A stretch of DNA of 64,000 bases, from contig CM075991.1 of the NCBI GenBank assembly GCA_038087875.1, positions 4,278,001 to 4,342,000 on the forward strand, read 5' to 3'. Below are positions 27,737-39,953 of the stretch, piece by piece. Below the pieces are notes generated by a model. That model was not told the DNA's origin and searched no databases. It saw only the letters and a program-made list of their open reading frames with translations. Both the position numbers and the translations under genes were made by a program. The stretch comes from Malacoraja senta (Eukaryota). The number at the start of each line of letters is the position of its first letter. Position 1 is the first letter of the stretch.

Positions 27737-27765
27737 TGCGTCAGTGCTGTGACTGGGTATAAATA
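27737..27765 (+). promoter_or_regulatory. NEFL core promoter: CRE-like TGCGTCA (27737-27743) and TATA box TATAAATA (27758-27765)
   Basis: Motifs read directly, 36-64 nt upstream of the ATG, at the edge of a CpG-rich region. Confidence 0.8.
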
Positions 27766-27800
27766 GGCGGCTGCGGACCAAGCCCAGCACATTCGGCACC

Positions 27801-28844
27801 ATGAGCACTTCCAGCTACGACTCCTTCCTCCACGGTCACAGGAGGCGCTATGGCGACAGCTCCATCCCTAGGACCTACGGAACTGCCCAGCATTTCAGGA
27901 GCGGCTATGGCAGCAGCGCGAAGCCCTCCTACACAACCTACTCGGCGCCTTCCTTCGCCGTGAGGAAAGCCCACAGCATCTCGTCCTCTCTCATGTCCTC
28001 AATGGACAACTACGACCTGAGCCAGGCCACCGTGGTGAGCAGCGAGTTCAGGGCGCTGAGAACCCAGGAGAAAGCCCAGCTGCAGGACCTGAACGACCGC
28101 TTCGCCAGCTTCATCGAGAAGGTGCACGAGTTGGAACAGCAGAACAAGGTGCTGGAGACCGAGCTGGGGCTGCTGCGCCAGAAACACGGAGGACCATCCC
28201 GCCTCAAGGGCATCTACGAGCAGGAGCTGAGGGACCTGCGGCTGGCGTTGGACGATGCTAAACACGAGAGGCAGGCGGCGCAGAGCGAGCGGGACCACCT
28301 GGAGGACACCCTGAAGAACCTCCAGAGCCGCTACGAGGAAGAGGTGTTGAACCGGGAGGATGCCGAGGGCAGGCTGATGGAGGCCAGGAAGGGCTCCGAC
28401 GATGCGGCGCTGGCCAGGGCCGAGGTGGAGAAGAAGATTGACAGCTTGATGGACGAGATCGCCTTCCTGAAGAAGCTCCACGAGGAAGAGATCGCCGAGC
28501 TCCAGGCCCAGATCCAGTACGCGCAGGTGACCGTGGAGGTGGACATGGCCAAGCCCGACCTCTCCTCCGCCCTGCGGGAGATCCGCGGCCAGTACGAGAA
28601 GGTGGCCGCCAAGAACATGCAGTCGGCCGAAGACTGGTACAAGAGCCGCTTCGCCGTGCTCAGCGACACCGTGTCCAAGGACCACGACGCCACCAAGCAA
28701 GCCAAGGACGAGGTGGTGGAATATCGGCGCATGGTCAAAGCCAAGACCCTGGAGATCGACGGCGTGAGGGGGATGAACGAGGCGCTGGAAAGGCAGCTGC
28801 AGGAACTGGATGAGAAACAAGGCGGGGAGATCAGCGCATTACAG
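27801..28844 (+). CDS. NEFL: NEFL coding exon 1 (head and most of the rod, 348 codons)
   Basis: ATG in GGCACCATGA context; ends EISALQ then donor gtaagg at 28845. Confidence 0.97.
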
Positions 28845-31588
28845 GTAAGGACTTGGAGCGGGGAGAGGGGAGGGGGCTGGAGAGAAGGATAAGGGTTGAA
28901 GGTCAACGGGGAGAGGGGATAGAGGGAGGGACGAAAAAATGGTGTTGGAAACAGAAGGAGAGACCCAGAAGTGAGAGAGGGGTGGTTTGGAGTAAGGGGG
29001 GCAAACTCGCTCACAGAAGCACACAATGGAAGGAGGAGGTGGGACATGGTAAAGTGACCGGGGAGAAGCGGGAGGAGAAGTTTGGGCTGGGGAGGATGAG
29101 CCTTGCCACTTGACCATCTCCATTCTCTGCACTTAGGATGCCATCAGCCAACTGGAGAATGAGCTCCGAAACACCAAGAACGAGATGGGCCGCTACCTGA
29201 AGGAGTACCAGGATCTCCTGAACGTCAAAATGGCCCTGGACATCGAGATCGCAGCCTACAGGTAAACGAGGGGGGTGCCCCCAGGGACGCAATTTGTTCC
29301 CAGAGGCAAGGGGACTCCAATAGCTCTCGCTGCCCTGGGAACTCGGGCACCGGGATGGGAGGGGAGTATCTCAGACTAGGGGTCCCGGGAGATAAGTCAA
29401 GCCAATTGGTGGGTGTTTCGAAATTTGGCTCACCAGTCAGCGTTAACCTGGCTCGGGGCTCTTCCTCGGCGATATCCAGGACCACTTTCCATAGACTCTC
29501 AATAGACTCTTGAGGGCCGCCACCTCGCTTCGCCCCCTCCCCCATCTCCCCCCCCCCTTCAACCAACCAGGAACCCGCATTGCACCATTTGTGTGCGGCC
29601 ATTCACTACTGGGCGTGGCGCATGCACCGCACTGGCCTCTTGCTGTTCTCTCCAGGGAAGGGCAATGAACAAGCTGCTGTTTGGTCATTAACGTTGGAGA
29701 CCCGCAGCCTTCAGTCGCTGGAAGATTTGCAAGGAAGAAATAAAAGCTGAGACGCGTGCATTGGCGTTGGCCTCTGATGCTAGGGATCGCCCCCTTTGCT
29801 CTCTCCCCTACCCCCTCTCTCCCCCCCTCCCCCCCTATCCCGGATCATGGCCGACCCTCTCCCGAGCAGAGAATTCCCAGCACAGCTCCCAGCCGGTTGA
29901 TTTTTTTTCTGCTGTGCCAGTGTGCAATATTATCTACAGTGTACGGATAAGGCCACGCCACAGCCGGGCGAGGCACTGTTCCCTCCAAGCGCGGGTTTTA
30001 GACAGTTGCCAAAACAAACATGAGGAAGGGGAATAGGATCAAATCGGTGGTTATTGTGAGCGCGGTGGAAGGGGACTTAATATATCATCACAATGAAACA
30101 AAGAAGGTATACATTGGGAGGGGAGAGTGTGTGGGAGATCAGGAGACAGAGCGGGGCCATTTCCACTGACCCACTGCTTAAGGGGCAGCCGGTTCTTGCT
30201 GATGGGCCATTGAGGGGGGGGGGCGGGACATTTTGGGAATGTTTGAAGCAACCCCTCCAAATTTCTGTGCCGCGATCCAGGAAACTGCTGGAGGGAGAGG
30301 AGACGCGGATCAACTATTCCAACGTGGGCGGCATGATCAGCGGCTATGCCCACACACAGAGTGCCGCCATGTTCAGCCGGCCCAACTACTCCATGCAGAG
30401 CAGCTCCTACATGCTGTCCAGCAGACCCACCATCTTCAGTGCCTATTCCAGCAGCCAGGCTGAGGAGGAGGTCATGCAGCAAGTCCAGGCATACTCGGCT
30501 CAGATGGAGCCTCCAGCAGACGAGGTTGATGAAGGAGAAGGTAAGAGTCTTGACCGGTGGAACCTCAAGGGCAGAAGTGTCCCAGTGCCAACAATTGGAT
30601 GGCAGTTCGTGTTCATAAGTTGTAGCAGCAGAATTATTCACTTTGGCTCATCACGTCTAACCCACCACTCAATTATGGCTGATTTATCCTTCCCTCTCAA
30701 CCCCATTCTCCTGCCTTTTCCCAATTACCTCTGACACCCTTTCTAATCAAGAACCCATCAATCTCCACCTTAAAAATATCCATTGACTTCAGTGGTAATG
30801 AATCATCCTCTCCACATCCACTCTATCCAGGACTTTCACTAATCGGTATGTTTCAATGACATCCCCCCCCCCCCCTCATCCTTCTAAACTCCAGGAAGTA
30901 CAGGCCCAGTGCCGTCAAACGCTCATCATATGTTAACCCAAATATCTCTGGGATCATTCTTGTAAACCTCTTCTGAACCCTCTCGAAAGCCAGCACATCC
31001 TTCCTCAGATATGGGGCCCCATGTTCGGTATGACCAGTGCCTTATAAAGCCTCAGCATTACATCCCTGTTTTTGTATTCTAGCCCTCTCGAAATACTGTA
31101 AATGCTATCAGTAAATGTTGGCAGCACTCCCTTGACATTGGGTGGTGGGTTCAAGTCCCACTCCCCATTACAGCAGAGCCCATGTCTGCTCGGAGTTTCA
31201 GTGCCGAGGGTGTGATCCACTTGGAGAGATGAGGCTCTTGAGTAAGAGAGATCCTCTGCCCTCTCAGCTGGAAAAATCCCTCCACACTCTTCCAGTAATA
31301 GTTCTCCCTCCCGTTTACCACTCAATCTGCTGCAAAGGGAACAGATCGCTGGCCGGCCACTAACACTGATCTCTGGTTTTCGAAGGTGAGGATGAGGAAG
31401 GAGAAGAGGACGTTGGAGAGGAAAACGGAGAAGAGAAGGAGGAGGAAGATGGAGAGGAGGAAGATGAGGCCCAAGGAGAGGGCGAAGAGAAGGATGAGGA
31501 AGGAGAGAGTGAAGAGCAGGAAGAAAGCAAGGAGAATGGAGCTGTGACTAATGGTAAGAGTGCAGCGAAGGTGGAAGAAAAGAAGTAG
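27801..31588 (+). CDS. NEFL: Neurofilament light polypeptide (NF-L), complete 4-exon gene: join(27801..28844,29137..29261,30281..30540,31386..31588), 543 aa
   Basis: Type IV intermediate filament head, rod and tail: [33 protein letters not shown] at the rod start, [29 protein letters not shown] at the rod end, then a Glu-rich tail. All introns are GT-AG. Exon lengths 1044+125+260+203 = 1632 nt splice in frame to a TAG at 31586-31588. Confidence 0.97.
29137..29261 (+). CDS. NEFL: NEFL exon 2 (125 nt, [42 protein letters not shown])
   Basis: Acceptor cattctctgcacttag, donor gtaaac; encodes the coil 2B terminal motif. Confidence 0.97.
30281..30540 (+). CDS. NEFL: NEFL exon 3 (KLLEGEETR and tail subdomain A)
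   Basis: Acceptor cgcgatccag, donor gtaaga at 30541; phase continues from exon 2. Confidence 0.95.
31386..31588 (+). CDS. NEFL: NEFL exon 4 coding part (acidic tail [13 protein letters not shown]...KVEEKK*)
   Basis: Branch point CACTAAC at 31358-31364, acceptor ggttttcgaag, purine-rich Glu codons, in-frame TAG. Confidence 0.92.
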
Positions 31589-31968
31589 GAGCTGAATGAA
31601 GACAGAATATAACGTGTTGAGTTGTAAAATGGGAACTAATCCCAGCCATCCGACCCAATGAGCCAAAGATGCAACGCAAAATGTTCTAGTGAAAGTTTAT
31701 GCTTTATGTATTAAGATTGACTCAGCTCACAATGTAAGAAAATAACGAAATGCTTGTGCAGATTGTAAACTTAATGATGTGTAAGCATGGTTAATGAGGA
31801 ATGCGAGCCATGCACTGAATTTAACTGACCCACGGGTCAGAAATACTGAAGCAATATTGTATTGTCATTATACAAAGCAAGGAAAAATGTACAATTATTT
31901 AGAAAAGTAACACAGGACAATATGACATGTTTGCAAAAGATTGAGTCACAATGGATGATGCAACCAAC

Positions 31969-32137
31969 AATAAACACAGCTCTCAACAAAATGAGAAAGG
32001 TCTGATCTGTTGTACTATCTCAGATACATATTCATTATAGAGAACTATGTACTAATGATGCCCTCACTGACTGAACCCATTTAAGGCACTCACGCAGAAC
32101 CATTTCATAAACTAAAGGTTGAATGATCAAAAATAAA
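31969..32137 (+). terminator. Candidate NEFL polyadenylation signals AATAAA (31969-31974 and 32132-32137)
   Basis: First AATAAA hexamers downstream of the stop codon, in AT-rich unique 3'UTR-like sequence. Confidence 0.6.
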
Positions 32138-32630
32138 ATGGGTGGCAAGAACACAACACTAGTGACTGAGCAGAGAACTTGATAACTATGGAATCTGGTT
32201 AAGTTAATAGATTAGCAGTTGAGAAACCCAGATTACTGTTATAAAGATATATTCAAATCCAACCAAGACACTGGAGGAATTGGCGTTCAGTTAATGAATT
32301 AATTCGGGATTTTAAATGTTAGTGTTAGACACCACTGGTTTGCACAGATGGTTTGATGATGTCGTTTAGATACGAATACCTGCCATCTTCACCCGAAGGA
32401 TAGGGAGGGTTTAGAGGGATGTGGATCAACCGTGGACAAATGGGACTAGATTAATGTGCTGTTTAACGCTACAATTTGGCCCCTTGAAGTTGCTGAGGAA
32501 GCCACGCAATTCAAGGACAATGAGGGATAGGGAATAAATGCTGGTGTTTCCAGGGACATCCACATCTAACAGATGGGTAACATGGGATAGATGATCCACA
32601 AGAGGGAAAGACAACAACATATTAGTTACA

Positions 32631-32826
32631 GGTAGACAAAAATGCTGGAAAACTCAGCGGGTGAGGCAGCATCTATGGAGCGAAGGAAATAGGCAACTTT
32701 TCGGGTCGAAACCCTTCTTCTGACCCGAAACGTTGCCTATTTCCTTTGCTCCATAGATGCTGCCTCACCCACTGAGTTTCTCCAGCATTTTTGTCTACCT
32801 TCGATTTTCCAGCATCTGCAGTTCCT
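32631..32826. mobile_element. Palindromic Penelope-derived short insert
   Basis: Near-perfect inverted arms; tattagttaca at 32620-32630 and 32827-32837. Confidence 0.75.
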
Positions 32827-32877
32827 TATTAGTTACACATCAGCAAGCTGGGGGAAGAGTTTCACTAATCCAAGGAT

Positions 32878-33297
32878 ATAGATACATAGATACATAGAAA
32901 ATAGGTGCAGGAGTAGGCCATTCGGCCCTTTGAGCCTGCACCGCCATTCAATATGATCATGGCTGATCATCCAACTCAGTATCCCGTACCTGCCTTCTCT
33001 CCATACCCCCTGATCCCTTTAGCCACAAGGGCCACATCTAACTCCCTCTTAAATATAGTCAATGAACTGGCCTCAACTACCCTCTGTGGCAGAGAGTTCC
33101 AGAGATTCACCACTCTCTGTGTGAAAAAGTTTTTCCTCATCTCGGTCTTAAAGGATTTCCCCCTTATCCTTAAGCTGTGACCCCTTGTCCTGGACTTCCC
33201 CAACATCGGGAACAATCTTCCTGCATCTAGCCTGTCCAACCCCATAAGAATTTTGTACGTTTCTATAAGATCCCCTCTCAATCTCCTAAATTCTAGC
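32878..33297 (-). mobile_element. CR1-clade LINE (HER1-like) 3' end, young copy
   Basis: Open ORF2 C-terminus LEFRRLRGDLIETYKIL...FFTQRVVNLWNSLP...GYGEKAG, a 3' UTR hairpin and a (ctatgtat)n tail. Confidence 0.9.
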
Positions 33298-33467
33298 ACA
33301 AAAGCAAATGCATTCGGCTGACTCAGAGGCAGGGGATTTAGAGAGGAAAAGACAGTTCAATTTGAAGCAGTCTACTTCATCTGGGCCTGCTGCTTTTGTC
33401 TTAATTATCTCATTTACAAAATATGTTTAATATAGTATAAAATATCTTTGACATAACATATCCCAAG

Positions 33468-33770
33468 GGGCAGCACAGTGGCACAGCAGTAGAGTTGCTT
33501 CCTTATGGGGCCAGAGATCAGGGTCCGATCCTGACTGTGGGTGCTGGCTGTAGGAAGATTTACGTTCTCCTTGTGACCGCGTGGGTTTTCTCCGGGTGCT
33601 CTGGTCTCCTTACACACTCCAAAGACGTACAGGTTTGGCGGGTAATTGGCTTTGGCAAGATTGTAAATTGTCCCTCGTGGGAGGATAGTGCTAGTCTATG
33701 GGGTGATCGCTGGTCGGCATGGACTTGGTGGACTGAAGGGCCTGTTTCCGCGCTGTATCTCTAAAGTCTA
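33468..33770 (+). mobile_element. HE1-type V-SINE
   Basis: Same consensus. Confidence 0.8.
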
Positions 33771-34479
33771 CAGTGAAGTCCAAATACCACCTACTTCAGA
33801 TGGGAGACATTGAAGATAATTTGACCCCAATACCTTTGAGAAGGTTTTAGGCGTTGCTGCGTCTTCAAAGGAGGAGCAGTTTGGAGAGGTCATTCAAGAG
33901 ACTAAAACCAATATTAGCAAACCATTGCCTCTACCCTCAAACAAATTATTGTAGGTGCCAATTTTTTTCCTTCTATTTTTCTTGATCAAAGACTAAATCT
34001 TAGTATTTATATAAAAATGTTCTTGATCAAAGACTAAATCTTAGTATTTATATAAAATTTATATAAAGTTTTTATATAAACTTAATATGAAGAAATGCCA
34101 GAAGTAGCACAAACAGCTGATCATTTCAGTCATCTTGTAATTAAAGTGACTCCAAAGCATTAATTCCAACTAATTCTGGAAACTCGTGTAACAAGGGCCA
34201 GGCAAAAAACTCCTGGGAAATTATCAATCAACCTCTTACATTACTTCTCCCACAGAGTGAAAGCAGCTTTGCTGACCTCATTTTCATCTTTGGTAGCCAA
34301 TCTCCAGCCAGTGAAGGGTAATAGCCCTCAGGGAATGGACAAGTGCATTATCAAGTAGGTTCTTTCATGAATAATGAAACACAACACTCTGTACTCCTGT
34401 CTGTCACCAGTGTAAATAATTTGTCCACATTCAATAGAAATATTTGAAAAACGAAGAGCAAGTACAGGGCTTGAGACCT

Positions 34480-34775
34480 TTCGACTTTAGAGATACAGCG
34501 TGGAAACATGCCCTTCTGCCCACCGAATCCATGCCGACCCCGTACACTAACACTATCCTACACATTAGAGACAATTTACAATTTTACGGAAACCAATTAA
34601 CCTACAAACCTGTATGTCTTTGGAGTGTGGGAGGAAACCAGAGCACCCGGACAAAACCCACGCGGTCATCGAGAGAACGTACAAACTCCGGCACAGACAG
34701 CACCCGAGGTCAGGATCAAATCCGGGTCTCTGGTACTCTGAGGCAGCAACTTTACCGCTGCACCACCTTGCCGCC
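34480..34775 (-). mobile_element. HE1-type V-SINE
   Basis: Same consensus, reverse orientation. Confidence 0.8.
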
Positions 34776-37489
34776 CACCAACCTTTCCACCATGCTGCAC
34801 AAACGTAATTGGTCATCTACCTTATATTCTCTATTACTCTTCTGTCTCTATATTTCTCAACGCCTTTTGTGTCTATCTCTTTCTAAAATCTATTAATTGA
34901 TTTGATCTCTGGAACTGACTGTGGTGGCAAATTTCATCATCTGAAATTTCCAATCTTCCAGACATTCTCCATTTTCTGAATAAAGAAATATATCCATTTC
35001 ATCCCAAAACATCCTGTCCCATATGTGATCACTTGCTCCTGTCAGGGGAAACACTTCCTGCTGCAGAAGATCTGGATCTGTGAGAATTTTGTAGGGTTCA
35101 ATTAGTCATTCACTCTTACTTCTAAACTCTAGTGAAAAGCATCCTAATCTGTCTGCATGGAATAGACTGGCCAACCCAGTCTGAGAACCTTTGCTGAACT
35201 TCCACTGGAGCAAGTCTAGCCTTCCTGAAAGAGGGAGATCTAATGAGGTAGATGAGGCTGGGACTATCCCAACGTTTAAGAAACAGTTGGACAGGTACAT
35301 CGATAGGACATGTTTGGAGGGATTTGGGCCAAACGCGGGCAGGTGGGACTAGTGTAGCTGGGACATATTAGCTGGTGTGGGTAAATTGGGCCGCATGGCC
35401 AGTTTCCACACTGTATCACTCTATGAATCTATGAAATAACACTCGACAAACCAGAATAAACAGTGATTACCTACACCACCCCCACACCATAGCTGCAGTG
35501 TGGAAACTATAAAATACATTGCAGTTAGTCCCCAAAGGCTCGTGAATAGCATCTACCAAAGCCATGATTTCTGCTCTCAAGGATAAAAGCAGAGGGGCCA
35601 CAGGAGCACCACTTACATGTGCTGTATCTCGCAACATCGTGACATGGAAAATGCTAATGGGTTGAAATCCTACCAGTACGATCGGCAAAAGGGTTGCAGC
35701 GGTCGTAGAGGGTGGTTTACCACCACTTTCTCAAGAGTCATTAACAATGGGAAATAAATTTCACCCTGCCTGCGATGCACTCATCCTGCAAATTAACTTT
35801 AAAAATACCGGCAGCACCGGCATCAATATCTGTCAGCTGAACGAAAACATTGTGTCTGGTGTCCGCTCGACGACATTTGTGCGTCAGTTTCTGCCAGTGA
35901 GCTTGGCACACAAGATTTAAAGGGAGGGGGGTGGGAGGATACACTTGATTGTTGTCACCCCCACCCCCCCCCCCACCACCACCACCCCACCCCCCCCCCC
36001 CGCCCCACCCCACCGAACCACCTGTGGGGGGAATTGGTTACCAAGTGGGACATAAGCGGCACAGTCGCGCAGCGGTAGAGTTGCTGCCTCACAGGCCAAT
36101 ATTCACAAGATATGACATAATCCTCAAAGCATTCATAATGCTCAACAATGTTAACATTGCTGTCAACCATTACTAATCTTTACTCTTTATTTGTTTTTGG
36201 GTCAGTTGCCCTTGAGAAGAGCCATTGAAGAGTTAGAAGAGCCATCTCATGAAACTGCTGCAATCCCAGTGGCGGTATTTTGGAAGGGAAGTAGAAGGGA
36301 CCACCAACCAACATGTCCCATCTACACCAGTTCCATTGCCTGCATTTGGCCCATATCCCTCTAAACCTTTCCTATTCATGTACTTGTCTAATTGCTTCTT
36401 AAATGTTGCGATAGTCCCTGCCTCAACCTCCTCCTCTGGCAGCTTGTCCTATACACCCACCACCCTCTGTGTGAAAAAGTCACCCCTCAGGTTCCTATAA
36501 AATATTTTCCCCTTCACTTTAAACTATGCCCTCTGGTCCTCAATTCCCGTACTCTGGGCAAGAGACTGTGTGCGTCTAGCCGATCTATTCCGCTCATGAC
36601 TTTATACGCCTCTGTAAGATCACCCCTCATCTTCCAGCGCTCCAAGGAATAGTCCTAGCCTGCTCAACCTCTCCCTATAGCTCAGACCCTCGAGTCCTGG
36701 TAAAATCCTTATAAATCTTCTCAGAACCTTTTCTGACTTGACAACATTGGACAACTGGACTTCTATCAATAAATTCATGGACAGATGTACAGTATGTAGA
36801 TAGTTTGGTGAGGACCAAGCCACATCAGCTTATACCTCATATTGGTTCAATCTCCATTTCCCGCACAACCAGTCTGGTATTATTGCTCTTGAGGTCTCAG
36901 CCAGCTCAGACTGGTGGACATTGCAGTCTCTCAGCCAGAGTACATCTTATATCCTCCATCCATACAACACAGTTGCTGGGCTTCTGTATGACTTGTCCAA
37001 CTTGCAATACAAGTTACGTTCAACATCCGGTACTGACCTCAAGTCAGCAAGATAAACTTAATTCATTCCTTCTTATGTTGCAGATTGGCTAATGACTGAC
37101 TGACATTTTTGTCATGAATATTATGCACAGTTCACAGCATAAGTGATAAGTATTTAACTCAAACAGCATGATTTTTTTCAACCTCATGCAATCTGCTCCA
37201 CCGCAGTAGTTGCCTGTCTTGTTGCACATTCATCACCTGTGGGTAACTTCTGTGGTGAATCTCCATCTGTGGCCTTTGTATCTCAGCCTCTTCAACCATC
37301 TGCTCCACACTGGGTAGATGGAACCTCTCCATCTGCTCTCATTTCTGGTACGTTAGTGGCACCAGGGGCTAAATAGAATACACAGCAGAGAAAGCGACAG
37401 TCTTCGCCCAACAAGCCCACAGCCACGATTATCCTGCACTGGAATCTCCTGCCATCCTAAATCCGCTGGTGTTACCACCAATGGAGGAA

Positions 37490-38445
37490 ATATGGGTCAC
37501 AATGAGTTAGAACACAGGAGGGAAATTGATGGTCTGATTGAATGGTGCCTGAAGAACAATCTTGCTCTCAGCATTAGCAAGACTCGAGTCAAGATTATTG
37601 ACTTCAGGAAGGTGAGGCCAGGGATCCATGAATTGGTCGTGACAGTGGCTGAGAGCAAAGATCATAGAGCAGAGCAAGATGGTCCACTCAGCAAAAAAGC
37701 CGTAGTAGGTCATGGGTAATTTTTAGCGCCATCTTCGGAACCGGCTTCATGATTAGTATCTTTGTCTGCAAGTGCGTGATCTGTGGCAGAGAGAGTCAAC
37801 AGCTTCAATTTCCTGGGCGTGCATATCTCTGAAAATCTGGCCTGGGCCCAACATATTGATGCAAACACAAAGAAAGCTCATCAACACCCTCTCAAGGTTG
37901 AGGGGGTTTGGTATGTCACCGAATACTCCATTGATCTTCTACAGGTGTGCAATAGAGAGCACTCTGAAGATAGACACAAAATGCTGGAGTAACTCTGTGG
38001 GCATCTGTGGAGAGAAGGAATGGATCCATTCGTAAAGGAATGTCCAGGCCCATTCCTTCTTTCTAGTGATGCTGCCTGTCCCACTGAGTTACACCAGCGT
38101 TTTATGTCTATCTTCGGTTTAAACCAACATCTGCAGTTCCTTCCTACACATAGAGAGCACACTGACTGGCTATACCACAGCTTGGTTCGGTAACCCGAAT
38201 GCCCAGGAATGAAGGGATGCTGCAGAAGGTGGTATACACTGACCTCCCCACCACAGATGGAAGCTGCAGGAGGTCTTGGCTCCTGCAGGCAGGTAATATC
38301 ATCAAGGATTCACACCAGGCTCAGGCTCCCATCTCAGTACTCCCATCAGGAGGAAAGTACAGGAGCCTGAAAACCGTGACCTCCAGGTTCAGTATCAGCT
38401 TCTTCTCAACAACCATCAGGCTCTTGAACACTGCACAATGCTAAC
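37490..38445 (+). mobile_element. Rex1/Babar-clade LINE fragment (RT C-terminal region) with a nested Penelope-derived insert at 37963-38149
   Basis: WCLKNNLALSISKT..IIDFRK; ERVNSFNFLGVHISENLAW; LPSGGKYRSLKTVTSRFSISFF. Confidence 0.8.
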
Positions 38446-39953
38446 CACCATCTCAGTAATTATGTTCTATGATGGGGAAACAAGGAATTGCAGATGCTGG
38501 TTAATACACAAATGGACACAAAGTGCTAGAGTGCAGGTCAGGCAGCATCTCAGGGGGATATGGATAGGTGACATTTCGGGTTGAATCCCTTCTTCATGTT
38601 CTCCAGAGATGCTGCCTAACCAGCTGAGTTACTCCGGCACTTTGTGTCCTGTTATGTTCTGCAATGGACTTTATTTTGGTTGCACTATGGACAATATGTA
38701 TTGTATTAGTTTGCTCTGGTTACCCAGCATTAGTGATTATTAACATTGTGTTATTAGTTATTGTATCTTTATTTTAATGTGAATAGTGAAAGTTCTTGGA
38801 TAGAGTGGATATGAAAAGGATGTTTGCACTAGTGGGAGAGTCTAGGACTGGAGGTCACAGCCTCAGAATTAAAGTACGTTCCTTTAGGAAGGAGATGAGG
38901 AGGAATTTCTTTAGTTGGAGGGTGGTGAATCAATGGAATTCTTTGCCACGCCCAAGTCAATGGATATTTTTTAGGCAGAGATAGATAAATTCTTAGCTAC
39001 ACAAAAATGCTGGAGAAACTCAGCGGGTGCAGCAGCATCTATGGAGCGAAGGAAATAGGCAACTTTTCGGGCCGAAACCCTTCTTCAGATAAATTCTTGA
39101 TTAGTACGGGTGTCAGGGGTATGGGGAGAAGGCAGGAGAATGGAGTTAGGAGAGATAGATCAGCCATAATTGAATGGCAGAGTAGACTTGATGGGCCGAA
39201 TGGCCTAATTCTGCTCCTATCACTTATGACCTTATGACCTTATAAGTGCTTAATGGACCTATAAAGCTGCAGGAAGTACGAATTTCATTGTTCCATTGCC
39301 GGTAATACGACAATTAAACACTCTAGACTATTGTCTCTTTACCTCACCTTTACTCACCCAGTATCCCTGAAGTCATCTATACTACTTGTCTCGACCATTT
39401 TCTATGAAGGCACGTTTTACATTCTTCCCATTTGCTGGGGAAAAATGTTTCTCATAAATTACATGTTTGAATTATTCACAACAGCTTAATATTTCCCAGC
39501 GCTGGCCACCACACTAAATCATACATTTATTACCTTTCTCTATATCTGGCCAGAATTATTAACATTTTAAAATCTCAGTCAGTACTTCTGCAGTTTGGAA
39601 GTTTTCATGGCTAGTCTGAAGAAGGATCCCGACCCGAAACGTCATCTATCCATTTTCGCCAGAGATGCTGCCTGACCCACTGTTACTCCAGAATTTTGTG
39701 TCCAAGTGCTTTCCTTGTTTAATGTCAATACTCTGAACTCCTGCACACCTTTCCCATTCAGGATCACATGGAATCAATGTTTTATTTTATAACAGTCAGC
39801 CAGCAATGTTAAAATTTCCATTCCATTCTTTATTGGTAGTTGACAAGTCTAATAATTAATCTTATTGAAAACACTTTTATTCACTTGGTATTAATCTGTC
39901 AGAAAGTGAATGAAAGGACATTAAGATGAGTAACCATTAATTACTGAAACACA

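Noticed and set aside
28845..28892. ORF-track extension of NEFL ([15 protein letters not shown])
   Set aside because: Read-through into intron 1 past a canonical gtaagg donor
27999..29047. Long antisense ORFs (273 aa and 238 aa) over NEFL exon 1
   Set aside because: Shadow ORFs of a GC3-rich coding strand, with no recognisable domain
37150..37332. Possible CaaX-ending micropeptide on the minus strand
   Set aside because: Counting the A-run exactly gives ...EKNHAV*, so there is no CaaX motif
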